A DNA stretch of 61,647 bases, filler included. It is 13 parts of 13 records of this genome, joined end to end, with 100 filler letters (N's around TTAATTAATTAA, not from the genome) between each part and the next. Parts side by side here need not be neighbours in the genome. Positions count along the whole stretch, not along the records: positions 41,457 to 51,047 come from SRR15195285_2614; positions 51,148 to 54,571 come from SRR15195285_2617; positions 54,672 to 61,647 come from SRR15195285_2623; 10 more parts are not named here. The stretch is one strand, 5' to 3'. Shown piece after piece: positions 45,010 through 57,503 of this stretch; positions within the stretch are counted from its first letter, which is position 1; every line of letters starts with the position of its first letter. Position numbers and translations under genes: made by a program. Under the pieces are notes generated by a model. It was not told where the DNA came from. It did no database searches and saw nothing but the letters and a program-made list of their open reading frames with translations.

Positions 45010-48000
45010 TCATGGTTGTTCATCCTCTACCTCTCGCTCCAGTTCAGAGAGCGAATCGAGTTCGGTTCCCTCGTTGGTGCTTGTGTTCGCAGTTGGGCTC
45101 GGTTCGACTGCGTCTTCCATCCAGGTGAGCGAATCCTCGGGCCCGATAGACTTTTCTCTGTCAGGATCTGACGCTGCTGGGCTGCCCGTAGGCGAGGCCA
45201 GGCCTGGTAGCCCAGCAGCAGCACTGTCGAGGGCCTCTTCCTCATGTTGTCGCTGCAGTTTTGCCTCCGCCTTCTCGTTCTCCTTGATGATGTCCTCACC
45301 TGCATCCATCAGGGGCACAATGCCTGAACCAGTCGCGCTGTCGCTTGTTGTCCAGGCGCTAGCCGCACTAACAGGCGGAGCACCGTCACTTCCGCCTAGA
45401 CCGTTTTGGCCCTGCTCCTGGTCTGGTTGATCTTGTAGAACCGACACTTTCCCCACGTTATTCCACAGGTTCTTCTTCTGCTGGGCTTTCGGCGCGACGT
45501 CGACATCGAAATTGTATACTACAAGGAAACGTAGCAGCTCAGCTGCACCAATTTCAACGGTTTTCCACCGCTCAACATTTGACGGGTCCCAATCGCCTTT
45601 CGGCAATTCCTTTCGCATCCAACGATCTAGCTTGGGACGCAACTCAGTCAAATGAAAGTCCGTGGGGCAGCCCAGCGGATCTTTAATGCGCAGTAGTAAC
45701 TCCGGCACTTTGCTCGCATGCAGCACAGGCAAACCGTCCTTCCCTTCGATTGCAAGTCCATTCATCTCGTCACCTGCAAATGCTTCAGCTGTCGGTATCG
45801 TAGGCTTCGCAGGTTCAGGTCCATTCTCGTCGCCAGCGGCGGAGTCTGAGCTTGCGAATGTGTTGAGATCGGCGCGAGTTGTCTCTCTTCTCATGGCGGC
45901 CATGCTCGAGAGGAAGACTGCGACGTCACTATCGCCGAGAGACTTGTCGTTGGGGTTGCCCTCTAGATCGAAGAAAGTAAACAAGATCACCGCAACGATG
46001 ACGTTCAACGAGACATAGCAGCATACAAGCATGTACGTCACAAAATACAGAGGGGCCAGCAGTACGTCGCCGCAGTTGTCGTACCCGGTGTCCTCATCGA
46101 ACCCACAGAACGGTGGGGTTACCTGGCAGTCGCGCATCGCACCGGCCCAGCCTTCGCCTGTCGAGATACGCACTAGCAGCGTGATAGCTGATGCGAAGTC
46201 CCCGAAGTTCATGTACTCTGTGATGGTCGACTGGTGCTTCACATTCGTGAAGAGTGCGACACCCACCACCGCGTAGATAAAGAGGAATATCGACAGTAGT
46301 GCTGCTACATTCACGAGGTACGGCAGCGTCTCCAAGAAGGTTTGGATGAGGTTCTTGATGCCCTTGGCCTTCTCTGCCATACGAACGAAACGCGCCACTC
46401 GAAAAATGCGAAAGAGCCGAATCACCGTCGGATCAAGTGGAAGCTCACCTCCTGCAACTTTCTTCCAGGCGAGTTCGACCATGGAAATGGTGACGATGAA
46501 GCCATCGAACTTGTTCCAGTTCGGTCTCCAGTACTTGATCGGTCCCAGCGCTAGCACCTTAAAGATCATCTCACCCAGGAACAGCCAGGCGAAGGCTTCG
46601 TTCGCAGTCTCCGAGACCGACTGCATCTGCGCCGACTGCCCGACGTGCTCCAGGCACATGAACCCCACGTTGGATAGAATCGCAATCAACACCACCCATT
46701 CAAACTTTGGGTGCATGATGATCTTCAGGAAAGGTAGCTGCCACTTCGAAACTGTTTCCGAAGAGAGTTTGAGGTACTTGTCAAGGGCAGCAGCGTGCGT
46801 ACCCTTGATCCCATCAGTCCGACGCTTCTCCTGTGTCGCAGACATGCCGGTTCCATGCTCAGCTTCCGCCTTGGCCTCGTTGTAAGCGCTCACGATTACA
46901 CCGACAAAGAGATTGAGAATGAAAAAGCTCCCTGCGATAATGTAGAAGATAAAAGCGAAGCCAAAGCCCAGGGAGTTATCCCGAAGCGGTCCGTGGAACT
47001 TGTCGGTTGCATCCACCACAGAGTGCATAACTCCGTCCCATTCCTCGAGTGTCAGGAGCTCAAACATCACGAGCAGCGCCTCTATGATGTTGTCGAAATT
47101 GCGGCGCTGGTTGAGCCAAAGCCGCTTCCCAATCGAACCGTCATCGGTAACGTATGTCCCTGTGCACGCCAACATAGGGTGGACCGTTTCGTCTGTGCAG
47201 TAATAGAGAGCACCGCCGAAGAGCTGCACGAAGAGGATCCCGAACACGGTGACAAAGAAGAAGGCCAGCGTGTTCACAATCATGATCGACGGCACAGAAT
47301 TAGCCAGAGACTGCACGACCGTCCGTAGACCTGGCCATTTGTTCACTGCCTGCAAAGGGCGCAGCGCACGAACGGTTCGCAGCACCCGCAGAAACTTTAT
47401 CGAGCCACCGTCGCCAGGAAGCAGCGTCAAGATGGAAATGATCACTACAGTGCCGTCCAGCAAGTTCCACGTCGACTTCGTGTAGGCTTCTTCGCCGTCA
47501 ACGAAGCCGAGGGCGATAATTTTGATGCTCATCTCACCAACAAAGAAGGCAGTGAAAACTACATCGAGCACCTTGAGAATAGTGGCTTTTGTCGTGCCAG
47601 GTAGGTCGTTCGGGTGCTCGACCGCGAGGAGAGTCGATGAGACGCCGATAGCAAAGAGCACGGACCGTTCAAACCACGGACTGGCCATGGTGGCGATAGC
47701 AAACCGGCGAACTTTGCCACTCCGCGAGAACAGCCAAAGCGAATGCGTGTCTACTTCACGCTGCCTCCGCTGCTCCGCTTCAGCGGCCATCATGGCCATG
47801 ATGTCAGCCGTCGACCTCTTTTCAGATGCGCGCAATGCCAAAAACTTCTGCCTTGCCACATTGACAAGCGGTAGGATGGAGGGCAGTCCGACTTTCGCGC
47901 CCTTGACATCTGAGAAGTGCTTCTGGAAGTTCTGCAGAAGTGTGCCCATAAACAGAGCTAGCAGGATATAGTTCGTCATGACGAGCAATGTGACGAAGTA

Positions 48001-50602
48001 CGCAATTGCAGCACCAGACGACGAGCCCGACATCGCAGAGTAGAGCAACTTGTGCCAGTTTTCACGGGTGGAGACTTGAAACACTGCCAAGAAAGCAGCA
48101 ATAAAGGTGTCGAAGTTTGCACGCGGCACAGTGATGCCGTCGTCCTCGAAAAGCTCGCCGCCGAAGAGATTCATCCCCAGCAGGGTAAAGATATAGATCA
48201 GCAACAAAAGCAGCACGCCGAAGTTGACTACTGCTTTCATCGATGCAATCGCTGTCTCTATCATCTGTTTAAGCGCACTGCCGTCCTTGATCATCTTCAT
48301 GCTACGTAGAATTCGCATGAGCCTCAGGACGCGTAGTGCAGACACGCCACCGCCAGACTGGAATAAAACTTCCATCAATGAAGTCACGACACACACGGCA
48401 TCGAGCCAATTCATTGGATCCCCGAAGTAACCCAGCGGCCCGAACCCGAACACCTTGATCACGAGCTCCACACTGAAAATTCCCGTCAAGGCGTAGTTGC
48501 ACCACTCGAGAGTCGAAGTCCACCATTCCGGCTGGCCGTGATGGTCCAACGCTAGCAGAACGAAGTTGACAGAGATGCATGTCGTCAGAAAGGAATCCAC
48601 ACGTGCAGATTCAACAAAGCGTGCTACCCGTAGCTGTGCACGCTTGAACCACCACAGTTGCCGCCCCTCCACGCTTCCGTTATCTCCCTCCTCGATAGCG
48701 TGCCTGTCAACTGGGCAGAAGCAAACGCACCACCCAGGACCGGGTAGCAGGCACCAGATAAGCCAGCTAATCTTGCCACAGTGACGCGTTGACGCAGGGC
48801 TGTTGCTATCGTCATACTGGTCGTCCTCCTCGCCCTCGCCGCCTTGCTCCTTCCGCTTAGCCACTGAGTCTGGCGCAGCTGGATCGGGCTTCTGCATGTC
48901 GGCTCCAGTACCATTCATCTGAGCCTTGACACTCTCACTCCTACCCCTTGTCGCGCCGGGGCCGGCTGCGGCAGCAGGGATCAAAAGCTCCTCTTCCTGC
49001 TCATCAGCGTCACCAGCCGCTGCCGACACGTCGGATGATGCCCCTGGTGCTAGCGACTGATTTGCCGCCAAGCTTGCCGCCATGGCAGGGCTCATGAAGG
49101 AAATCGCTCGTGCCGCATCGCGCTCGGCCTGCTCCTTCCTCTTCTCCTCCATCGCCTCCTCGTCTGCGTTCGCGAGCTTGAGGTTGTCCATGTGCTGACC
49201 GAAGACCACACAGCATTCTGCAAGGAGATAGTTCGTCACAAAGAGCCCGCCGAGGATCATTAAGCAGGTGAAGTACACGCCAGTGATTACTCCGTCTTGC
49301 GAGTCCATCAGATGGTCCATGATTTCCGACCAGCCTTCGGCAGTCATCGCTTGGAACACCACTAACAGTGCCGTCCCGATATTGTCGAAGCTCTGGTTCC
49401 CGTTCTCGGGATTCCCGAACTCGACGCACTGCTCCCCAGCCACCGAACAGGTCTCGTTTCCACATCTCGCCACATCAGCGCAGCAGTAGTGGTGCGACCC
49501 TGGCCACGCCACCGGGTCACTACTGCCCAAGTTGGCCAGGTCCGCAGCTGCTTGGGCTGCCCGGGCAGCCTGTCCAGAAAGCAGCGCGGTGTCTGGCGCA
49601 GTCTCACCGGCGAGCAGCGCTGCCGTCACAGCCACGCTTGGCGAGAAGCAGCGGCCGCTCAGCACGCCGATCCACAGCTTGAGCCCGAAGAGGGCGAAGA
49701 TGAAGATCATGAACGCCGCCAGCAGGAGGACGTTCGCAAGGCCAGGGATTGACGAGACCAGCGCCTGCACCACGAGCCTCATGCTCTCCACCTTCGTCAG
49801 GGTCCGCAGAGGTCGGAAGACGCGCACCATTCGCAGCATGCCCACCCCCGTCTTCAGGCCGGCCAGATCGAGCCAGCCCGAGCCAACCACCACCGTGTCC
49901 ATGATGTTCCATGAGTCCGCGAAAAAGCGCTTGGCGCCGTAGGTGATCAGCCCGCCCAGCATGTCGACCTGGCACGAACGACACGCGCGCGGGTGCCCAT
50001 GAGAACGAATGCGAGGGGCGGCAGGGGCGGAGGTGGGGCCACGGCCACGGAGCGCGCGCACGCACAGTGAACAGGATCGTGAAGTAGGGCTCGGCATCCT
50101 CGATCAGCTTGTTGTCGATCGCGAACCCGGGCCGGTCCCAGTTGGGGTCATCTTCGTCAATAAGCGGATCCTTGAAGCCCAGCATGACCGCGTACGTCAG
50201 GATCACGCCCATGAACACGGCGCCCCAGTACGGCTTCCCTGTGATAAAGTCGTGGACCGCGCGCCGGGGCCTCGAGTACTGCGCGGGGGGAACGCGACCA
50301 AGGTAGCAAGGACAGCAGCAGCACGGCAGCGACAACAGGACGCGCAGTGTCTCAGTCTGTGGCGCAAGAGCAGGAGGGCCGCGGGCAGCGCAGGTGCCTC
50401 ACCGCATCGATTGCCCGCTCGATCGCAGCCGCCTTATCCCTGCGCGGCGCGGCACGCACAGCAGGTGAGCACATAGCGCTGCGCAAAGAGCCTCTGTCTT
50501 GGTCGCTCACCGCTCGACCTGCCGTCGCTTCTCCTCGGCCTCGAGTGCTGCGATCGCCTCCGCGCCCCGGAGCTCGACCTTCCGGCCACCATGCGCGTAC
50601 AT
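45010..50602 (-). CDS. Four-domain voltage-gated Ca2+ channel alpha-1 (EEEE filter); exons 50602-50511, 50439-50403, 50356-50066, 49968-45010
   Basis: Four 6-TM repeats with Arg-rich S4 segments; pore motifs TAEGW, TRENW, TLEEW, TGEGW; introns 50440-50510, 50357-50402 and 49969-50065 are GT..CAG and in frame. Confidence 0.93.
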
Positions 50603-50958
50603 CGGTGTCCGTTGGTGTGGTGGCAGCAGAAGGCGGCTAGGCTAACACCAGGGCAGCCGCTGTCCCATGCGCGGGCCAGCGCTCTCGCTCTCGCAGCTCT
50701 TAGGGCGTCCGATGCCCAGTGCGCAGCGCGCCGTGGCCGCGTGGCCGTGTGCGCACACTGCAGTGGCACCAGGTCGGTCGGTCGGTTGGTCGCTGCCACG
50801 TTGCCAGCCCCGTCCAGTGCAGCGTGTCGTGGTCGCTCAGTCGCGGTCGCGGTTGCAGAGCTCAGATCAGCATAGCGTGCGGCTCAGCACTCCTCCCTGG
50901 TGCGGCGCAGCACGCCCAGTGTGGCGTGGCCAGCCCCCCGCATGGCTGCCTCCCCCCT

Positions 50959-50983
50959 CCCTAAACCCTACACCCTAAACCCT
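50959..50983. repeat. Short interstitial telomere-like (CCCTAAA)n tract
   Basis: CCCTAAA CCCTACA CCCTAAA CCCT. Confidence 0.5.
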
Positions 50984-51147
50984 CCTCCTTCCCTACGTGC
51001 AGCACCAGCCGCACTACCAGCCGCAGCAGCAGCAGCAGCAGCCGCACNNNNNNNNNNNNNNNNNNNNNNNNNNNNNNNNNNNNNNNNNNNNTTAATTAAT
51101 TAANNNNNNNNNNNNNNNNNNNNNNNNNNNNNNNNNNNNNNNNNNNN

Positions 51148-51383
51148 CAGAGCCTGCGGCAGAGCCTGCGGCAGAGCTAGCGGCAGAGCCAGCGACAGAG
51201 CCAGCGGCAGAGGTCGAGCTGGAGGAGCCCACAACGGAAGAAGAGCAAGTTGCTGTAGTGAAGCTGGAGTCGGCGGCAGAGCCTGAAGTGGCGCCCAAGC
51301 CGTCTATGGATGAAGGCGTACCCCCTGAGAGAGTGGCGGGGCCGCAACCCACTGTTGAGCCGGCAGCTACCCCCGTGCTCTAA
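51148..51383 (+). CDS. 3' end of a Glu/Pro/Ala-rich hypothetical protein
   Basis: EPAAEPAAELAAEPATEPAAEVELEEP..PVL*, open from the contig start to TAA. Confidence 0.5.
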
Positions 51384-52740
51384 AGCACAGTGGTGTGATT
51401 GGCGCGTGGCAAGGATGCGCAACGATGCTGAGAGGAGTAAATGCAGTGATGCCCTGTGACGCAAGGGAGGTTCTAACCCACTGGCTGCTAGCCGCGGGCG
51501 AACTGCCGAGCTGAGGGGTTGGGCACGAAGAAGAGGCTTCGCACTAAGCTGCCGAAGACCTAGCCTTATCTGGTACTACTATGATCTCGCTGGCGACCCG
51601 GTGGCGCTGCGCTTTGGTTTGTTATGCAAAATGCGAGAGTCGGCAGTCCGCATATACGCGAATCGTTGCGCCATACTGACTCCATTTAGTTCATCAGAGC
51701 ATACACGACTGGAAATTTCGACACCTTCCCCACGCCACCTGCGTAACGACACGGCAGGTGGGTAGGGCAACAGTAAGGCTTGCTGTTTCCTTCGGCCGAA
51801 GTTTCTTGGTGAGCATGCTCGTCATGCAGCCTTGGTATCTCTACTAGGAAAGATTTATCGTAACCGTCTGTGGTGGTTCCGCTGTTAGTAAGTTCAACAC
51901 AAACGAATTCACCCTCCAGCTACTAGCCGCTGGGTGCGTACCACTGGAGCTGGGTCGAGTTTTAGGCGTTAGGGTGTTAACGTCATACGTTAGGCTAGCC
52001 GTTTGGCCTCCGCGTGTTTGTGGCGCTGGTTAAAGCGGACACCTTATGCCCGGTGTCACGCCAAGATTCGGGCATTCTAATGCTCGTGATTGCCTTGGCA
52101 TACTAGTGCAACGGTTAGCGAAACCGGGCATACTAGCTAGTAATCGCGGTGCGTGCTTAAATGAATCTGTGCATTAAGTTTACATAGCTACTATCGCAAT
52201 GCCCCACCGTCGCGCTGCTGCCGTAGATGTTCCACTCAAGCTGGCTCGTTGTTGTTGCTGTGCTGGCCCGCTTGACGCGAGCTACGGGGGTGCTCGTACC
52301 CCGCTAAACAACTTGCACCCCTCGGACTGCCGGTAGCGCCGGGAAGAACTGAAAGTAAAGATGAGCCCCTCTGTGTTGTCACCCGCTTCCAACATAATGG
52401 TAATCAGGTCCCTGACAACAAACGTAAATGTGTTGGTTTCGAGATCGTGGGCATTTCAAGATCGCGGATGCAACTGCGCTGAAGACCCTCGATGTGTGCA
52501 CCCGCATGCCAGGCGACACGAAAGATCGCTTGACACATGGCATAAGGCCTTATGCCAGGTGTCATTTGGCTGAGACCCCAATGTGAATGTAGGCGCAGAC
52601 GCGAAGATCACTGAAGGGGCTGGTTGAGGAGGATGTTTTCGCGGTGCCTCGCGGCGCCGCTAGACCGCGGCCAAGTGAAAGATATCGCACCGACTTGTGC
52701 AATGTTGAAACTAAATTTTGGCTGAGCCGAGCTGATTAAG

Positions 52741-54520
52741 TCACACTTTTTCTACAAGTGGTGACTCCTCGGAGGGGATTTCAACACTGTCGTCAACATC
52801 AAAACCCATCAGTGCTGCTCGCATGGTAGGCGTCTGTATGACGTGCGCTTGTGCCCTCTCAAAGTTGCGTTCGCGGCACACAAAAGTGAGCAGCATGAGC
52901 TCTCGGCGCTTTTCGTCTGCCATCATTTCTTCAACAGCGTCGACATTGATGAATCGGGTAAAGGTGATGACATCTTGCGCAATCGTGTCAAGAATGGTCA
53001 CGCAGAAGTCTTCATAGAACTGGTCAAACTGGTATTCGAAGCATCGTTGTTGCTGATTCGTTTCCCGGTTGATTTCGGCTATCTGCGTTGTAAGCTGCGT
53101 GTGGTAGTAACGCAACAACTCCAGGTCGCATTCGATAGAACGAAACTCGTGGCCCAGTACCATCATGTAGTACACCTCCCAAGCGCAATGCCCACCGCCA
53201 GTGAACTGCCAATCGATCAACATAAGATCATTTGGGTCTGCGGGTACTTCACCGGCTATGGTATGTTGCGGTTTTCGAAACAGATGATTCCACTGGTGCG
53301 CATCACCATGGAGGATTGTGGCTCCCTGCGGCTTCGTACCCTCTTGCGGCCACAATGCAGCTGCCTTGGGCTCCCACAATCTGGTGCCACTGACAATCGC
53401 ATCTAGCAGCTCCAAATACTCTGGATGCTCTACGAATATCTTATGGTGGTTGCCATGAAGATCAAGTGATGCATAGTCACCCCAGTTGGACTTGTACTTC
53501 TGAACCGCTCTGCCGTTTCCAAACGCGGCTTTGTCTTTAAGTTGGCGAGGCATACCTACAGGAATGAGCACACGCAGGCAGAGCTGATGATATGAGAGAG
53601 AACCGGAAGAAGGCGGGGGGATGGACGGAGAGAGAGAGAGAGAGCACCAGCACGAGCAGCATCACCAGCAACCATCATGAAAGACTCACGCCCGATAGTA
53701 CGGCCAATTTGCGGAGATTCTGTCCACAATCCTTCGATAGGTACCTGGGCAACATCACCTCTCCACCCCCAAGCGTGAAGTTTGACAAGGTTTGCCATCA
53801 TTGCCCTGTCAACAGCCAAAGCCAACGTCGATGAGCAGCTGTAGCCGCCACAATTATGTCTGAGCTTCGCGCCAGCGTGGCTGCCAATCACGATGCTTAT
53901 GTTTTCTGAGAGTTGAACGCACTTTATGCGATCAATTGACATTCCGTGAGCTTCGTCCCCCCAGCAAATCGGGCCGGGTTCGTAATCTCGTGAGGCGTCC
54001 TCCATCACCTGCACGGTGCGCACTGCAGCCCGCCGCCCGCAGCAAAGATAGCAACAGGCTCCAGGATCGTCCGGTTCTCCACCCGTTGTCTGAGGGTAAA
54101 CGTCGCCAACATAGTATGCCTTGGGTACCTTGATGCCTTGATTTGCAAGCACGTCATGTTGGTGGTAAACGCCTGCTTCGCACCGGAGCATCTGCCCCAA
54201 GTCCAGCTCGACAAGCCAGAGGTACACGCGGATAGGCAGATCATCCTTGAGGAAATGAGTTAGGCTGCCCCATTTCATTATCATGCGCTCTGGTAGGTCA
54301 GCGGGAGCCCCTTCGCTATAGGTCAGCTTGAGTTTGATTATCTTGGGGCCAGAAATACCGCCGCCATCTTCGCGATCATGGCCTTCCAGAGACTTCACGA
54401 CCATCGCCTCCTGCTGGGCGTGAAGGAGCTTTGCCCCTGGCGGCAAGGCAGCAGTGCGGTGTAGCGCAGCATCCAGCCATTCCGTGCTGATAAAGGGTGC
54501 AAATTCACCATCTGCCCCTG
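52741..54520 (-). CDS. Ecdysteroid-kinase-like / APH-choline kinase fold phosphotransferase, multi-exon (5' partial)
   Basis: MIMKW..E..VY, VPKAYY, MED, TILHGDAHQWNHLF, LIDWQ..G..AWEVYY; GT..AG introns near 53808-53921 and 53556-53646. Confidence 0.85.
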
Positions 54521-55102
54521 GAGTACGCACAAAACACGCCGCATAAACACACACACACACACACACACACANNNNNNNNNNNNNNNNNNNNNNNNNNNNN
54601 NNNNNNNNNNNNNNNTTAATTAATTAANNNNNNNNNNNNNNNNNNNNNNNNNNNNNNNNNNNNNNNNNNNNGTCGCATAGGTGGAGGCGGAATAGTTTCC
54701 TATTCCGATTTTCCATTCGGTCAGATACTGTAGCGACGACGACGACGTTGGGATGATCGATGATGCGTTGACAGCTGTGGGACGGCCACGGCCACGGGCT
54801 TGTTGGGGGTGCCTCTGCAGCCCCTTTGCAGCCCCTTCACAGCGGTTTTCACCCCTTTGTGCACCTGCTTCATACGTGTACCTGCTCCGTGTACAACATT
54901 AGTGTATCAGAGAGAGGCGCTGAGAGACAGAGAGAGTTGAACAGTAAATTTGTACGGCGGCGAGTGGTAAGGGGGATCTCTATGAAGGCGACTTAAGGGT
55001 AGGCGTGGAGACAATGATGAGGCGGATGACGTCCCCACAAGATCTGCCGCTGCGCTGTGGATGCTCCTAGCAACGCAGCAGCAGTAGAGCTGACCGACGA
55101 AC

Positions 55103-56161
55103 ATGCTCTCGCGCCAACCGAGTCAGCAGTGGCGTGATGATGCTCGGCGTGCACAGAGGGATCGTGCGGCCCGGGCGCACCAGGTGGGATGGCGCCCAGA
55201 GACGAACTTGCAACGCGGAGATCCTCGCGTCCGGGCGCGTGACGGCACCCAAGCTGGCCCGGTGCTCCAGGCGCCCAACATGCCCGGCTTCAACAATGGT
55301 CCAGCTGCCCGCCGGAGCAATGTTCCGATCGTGTGCTGCGGTGTGCTGATGGAGCGTGACTCACGGCAATTCAAACTGGTCAAACTCTTGGTCGCCACCG
55401 ACGTACTGCTGATCACGATCTACCTGCTCGTCGCACACGACAGCTCCGAAGATGGCTTGACACTCGCAGGCTACGTTTTGGGTCTGACGCTCACCATGTG
55501 TTTCGCCCCACTGCTCATCGTTTCTCCGTTTATCGTGGCGGCAATCTGCAAGTGTTGGTACAACCGCAAGATCGAGGCCGCGATGCGGAACAGCTTGATG
55601 GCGAACAGTGAGCAGGCGGAGGCGGAAGCGGAGGCAGCCAGGTTGGACCTAATTAGAGCCGAGATGGCCTCGACGGTCATGTCGGGCCTTCGCGGGGACA
55701 TCGAGGAGCCCGCCATCAACGAGCCTTCAGAGGAGCCGAGCGGCTGGATGGGGCACACGATTGTACAGGGAGAGGTGCTCGGTGACATCATCCTCCTGGA
55801 CGATGCGTCCGCTGCAAAGCCTGTCTCTGCCATGCCGGTGACTCCCGTTCACAGTGCATCGGTCGAGCTTGCAGCGAATCGGACCGACGGTGGTGATCTG
55901 CACGAGCAGAGCGTAGGCGACAGCTTTTCTGCTTCCGCCGCCGGGAGGCAGGGATTAGGTAATATCGCTGCCCTTGAGCTGGCGGACCTTCCATTGGGAC
56001 ACACTACTTCCCGTGGCTCCCCAGCTGCTCGAGATAGCCCTACCAGATTCAGTCCAACTCTGGGCAGTAGAGAATCACCCAGGGCAGTGGTCGGGTCTGC
56101 AATGATAGCCACAGGTCGGGTGGTGCAGCCAGGGGATTGGCGGCTGAGTACGCCAAGATAG
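55103..56161 (+). CDS. Hypothetical membrane protein (two hydrophobic segments, low-complexity tail)
   Basis: 352-aa ORF; LLVATDVLLITIYLLV and LAGYVLGLTLTMCFAPLLIVSPFIVAAIC. Confidence 0.6.
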   Translation: MLSRQPSQQWRDDARRAQRDRAARAHQVGWRPETNLQRGDPRVRARDGTQAGPVLQAPNMPGFNNGPAARRSNVPIVCCGVLMERDSRQFKLVKLLVATDVLLITIYLLVAHDSSEDGLTLAGYVLGLTLTMCFAPLLIVSPFIVAAICKCWYNRKIEAAMRNSLMANSEQAEAEAEAARLDLIRAEMASTVMSGLRGDIEEPAINEPSEEPSGWMGHTIVQGEVLGDIILLDDASAAKPVSAMPVTPVHSASVELAANRTDGGDLHEQSVGDSFSASAAGRQGLGNIAALELADLPLGHTTSRGSPAARDSPTRFSPTLGSRESPRAVVGSAMIATGRVVQPGDWRLSTPR

Positions 56162-56325
56162 TACGGCAGCGAAAGATAATGCATTGGTGGCATAGTTGAC
56201 CATGTACGAGTACCACGTAGCTACTTATTCATTTCATTTTTTGAACGTGAGGCAGCTGCAATGTATCGTGTCTTATCAACCAACTTCGGGCAACAGCACT
56301 GAGCGTGTGTCAACGGTCACTGGGG

Positions 56326-56537
56326 ACTCACCCCCCATTATGCAATCCCCCGCCTTCGTCTTGAACTCGCAGCGTATCGATAATAGAGAGCACTCCCTCC
56401 GCAATACGAAGAAAATGGACGCGGGCTGTCTCGCCGAGTTAATCAACCATCGAGCGAAGCGTCTGGCCCTTTGGGTTGCACAGCAGATCGGCGGGGTGAC
56501 CGGCCTCGATGATCCGAACCTCTTCCAGCACAAGAAT
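56326..56537 (-). pseudogene. Orphan terminal exon of an ABCC/MRP-type ABC transporter with premature stop
   Basis: After a TTTAG acceptor: ILVLEEVRIIEAGHPADLLCNPKGQTLRSMVD*LGETARVHFLRIA; no upstream Walker or H-loop exon found in the contig. Confidence 0.55.
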
Positions 56538-56811
56538 CTAAACGCGAACAGCCACAGCCAGCAGTGATTAGGCAGCGAGATGGTTTTGAACAGAGATGTT
56601 CGTGCCGTCGACCTTGCGACTTGTGAACAGTTTTCCCCGGTGTCCGGACCGGACACCGGGAAAAAATGTTCCCGAGGTGAGTCGTACGGAACCAAAAACC
56701 AGTATATGCGAAACGCGTGCACCCTGATTTCTACTGTTTTCTGAAAACGTCCTGTGGGCGGATCCAGGCGTACCTCATGTCGATTCTCCCACAGCGGCTA
56801 CCACGCCCTGA

Positions 56812-57378
56812 GTGAAGACCCTTGATCAGGGTCTTCAATCATACGTTATGTTGGGGAAGCTCAGTGTGGCCGATACTCGGATAACCGACGAAGGTGCACG
56901 GCAGATTGCGGCAGCGAGCCCCGGCCTGACCAAACTGTTTTTAAATGGCACTTTGATCTCAGATGAGGGATGCGCTGTCGTTGCGAGAAGCTGTCGGGGC
57001 TTGCAAATGTTTGCGCTGTCACGTACACAATTTTCGGACGCTGGTGCGGACGCAGTGTCTACTTATTGCAAAGATTGATCGCAACGCGTCTGAAGCATTT
57101 GAGGACACTGGCTGGCTGGCAATGCACTGCACCAAGCTGCAGGAGCTGCACCTGGCAAATACACAGACCACGGTGTACGAGCTCTTGCAGAGGGCGAGGC
57201 AGCTACCAGATTGCGCCGGATTTACATTGGCAACTGCACAGGAGTGATAGATGTCGGAGCGCTAGCGCTGGCAAACGCAATGCCAGAGCTGACAGTGCTT
57301 GACGTGGCTGGCACTGGAGTGAGTGACAACGGCAAAAGCCAGCTGAAACTCTTACTGCCCGACCGCAAGCTAGATTGA
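56812..57378 (+). pseudogene. Disrupted FBXL/AMN1-type LRR gene fragment
   Basis: LRRs (LSVADTRITDEG, LFLNGTLISDEG, LQELHLANT, LTVLDVAGTGVSDNG) are interrupted by a stop at 57076-57078 and frame changes without good splice sites. Confidence 0.6.
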
Positions 57379-57503
57379 TTCACAAAGGTGTCGCTAGTGA
57401 GTATAAAGAAAGTGGAAATGTCATTTTGTCCATCCTGTATTGCAAGCAATGGCAGGAGAGTCACAGCATGATGAGTACAGAATACGAGTACCTCAGACCT
57501 TGG

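Noticed and set aside
219-50602. Apparent calcium-signalling cluster (EF-hand K+ channel, MICU, IQ-ARM, Cav)
   Set aside because: The genes lie on separate concatenated contigs, so there is no evidence of linkage.
51400-52740. rRNA/tRNA/snRNA or self-splicing intron in the gene-free interval
   Set aside because: No recognisable conserved RNA motifs or cloverleaf by eye; an Infernal scan would be needed.
3943-54671. Recurring TTAATTAATTAA flanked by Ns as a biological repeat or CRISPR-like array
   Set aside because: It is an artificial contig-joining spacer with six-frame stops and identical length each time.
56439-57078. In-frame TAA/TGA stops as evidence of an alternative genetic code or selenocysteine
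   Set aside because: They occur only in fragments that are also frameshifted or orphaned; intact genes use TAA, TAG and TGA as normal stops.
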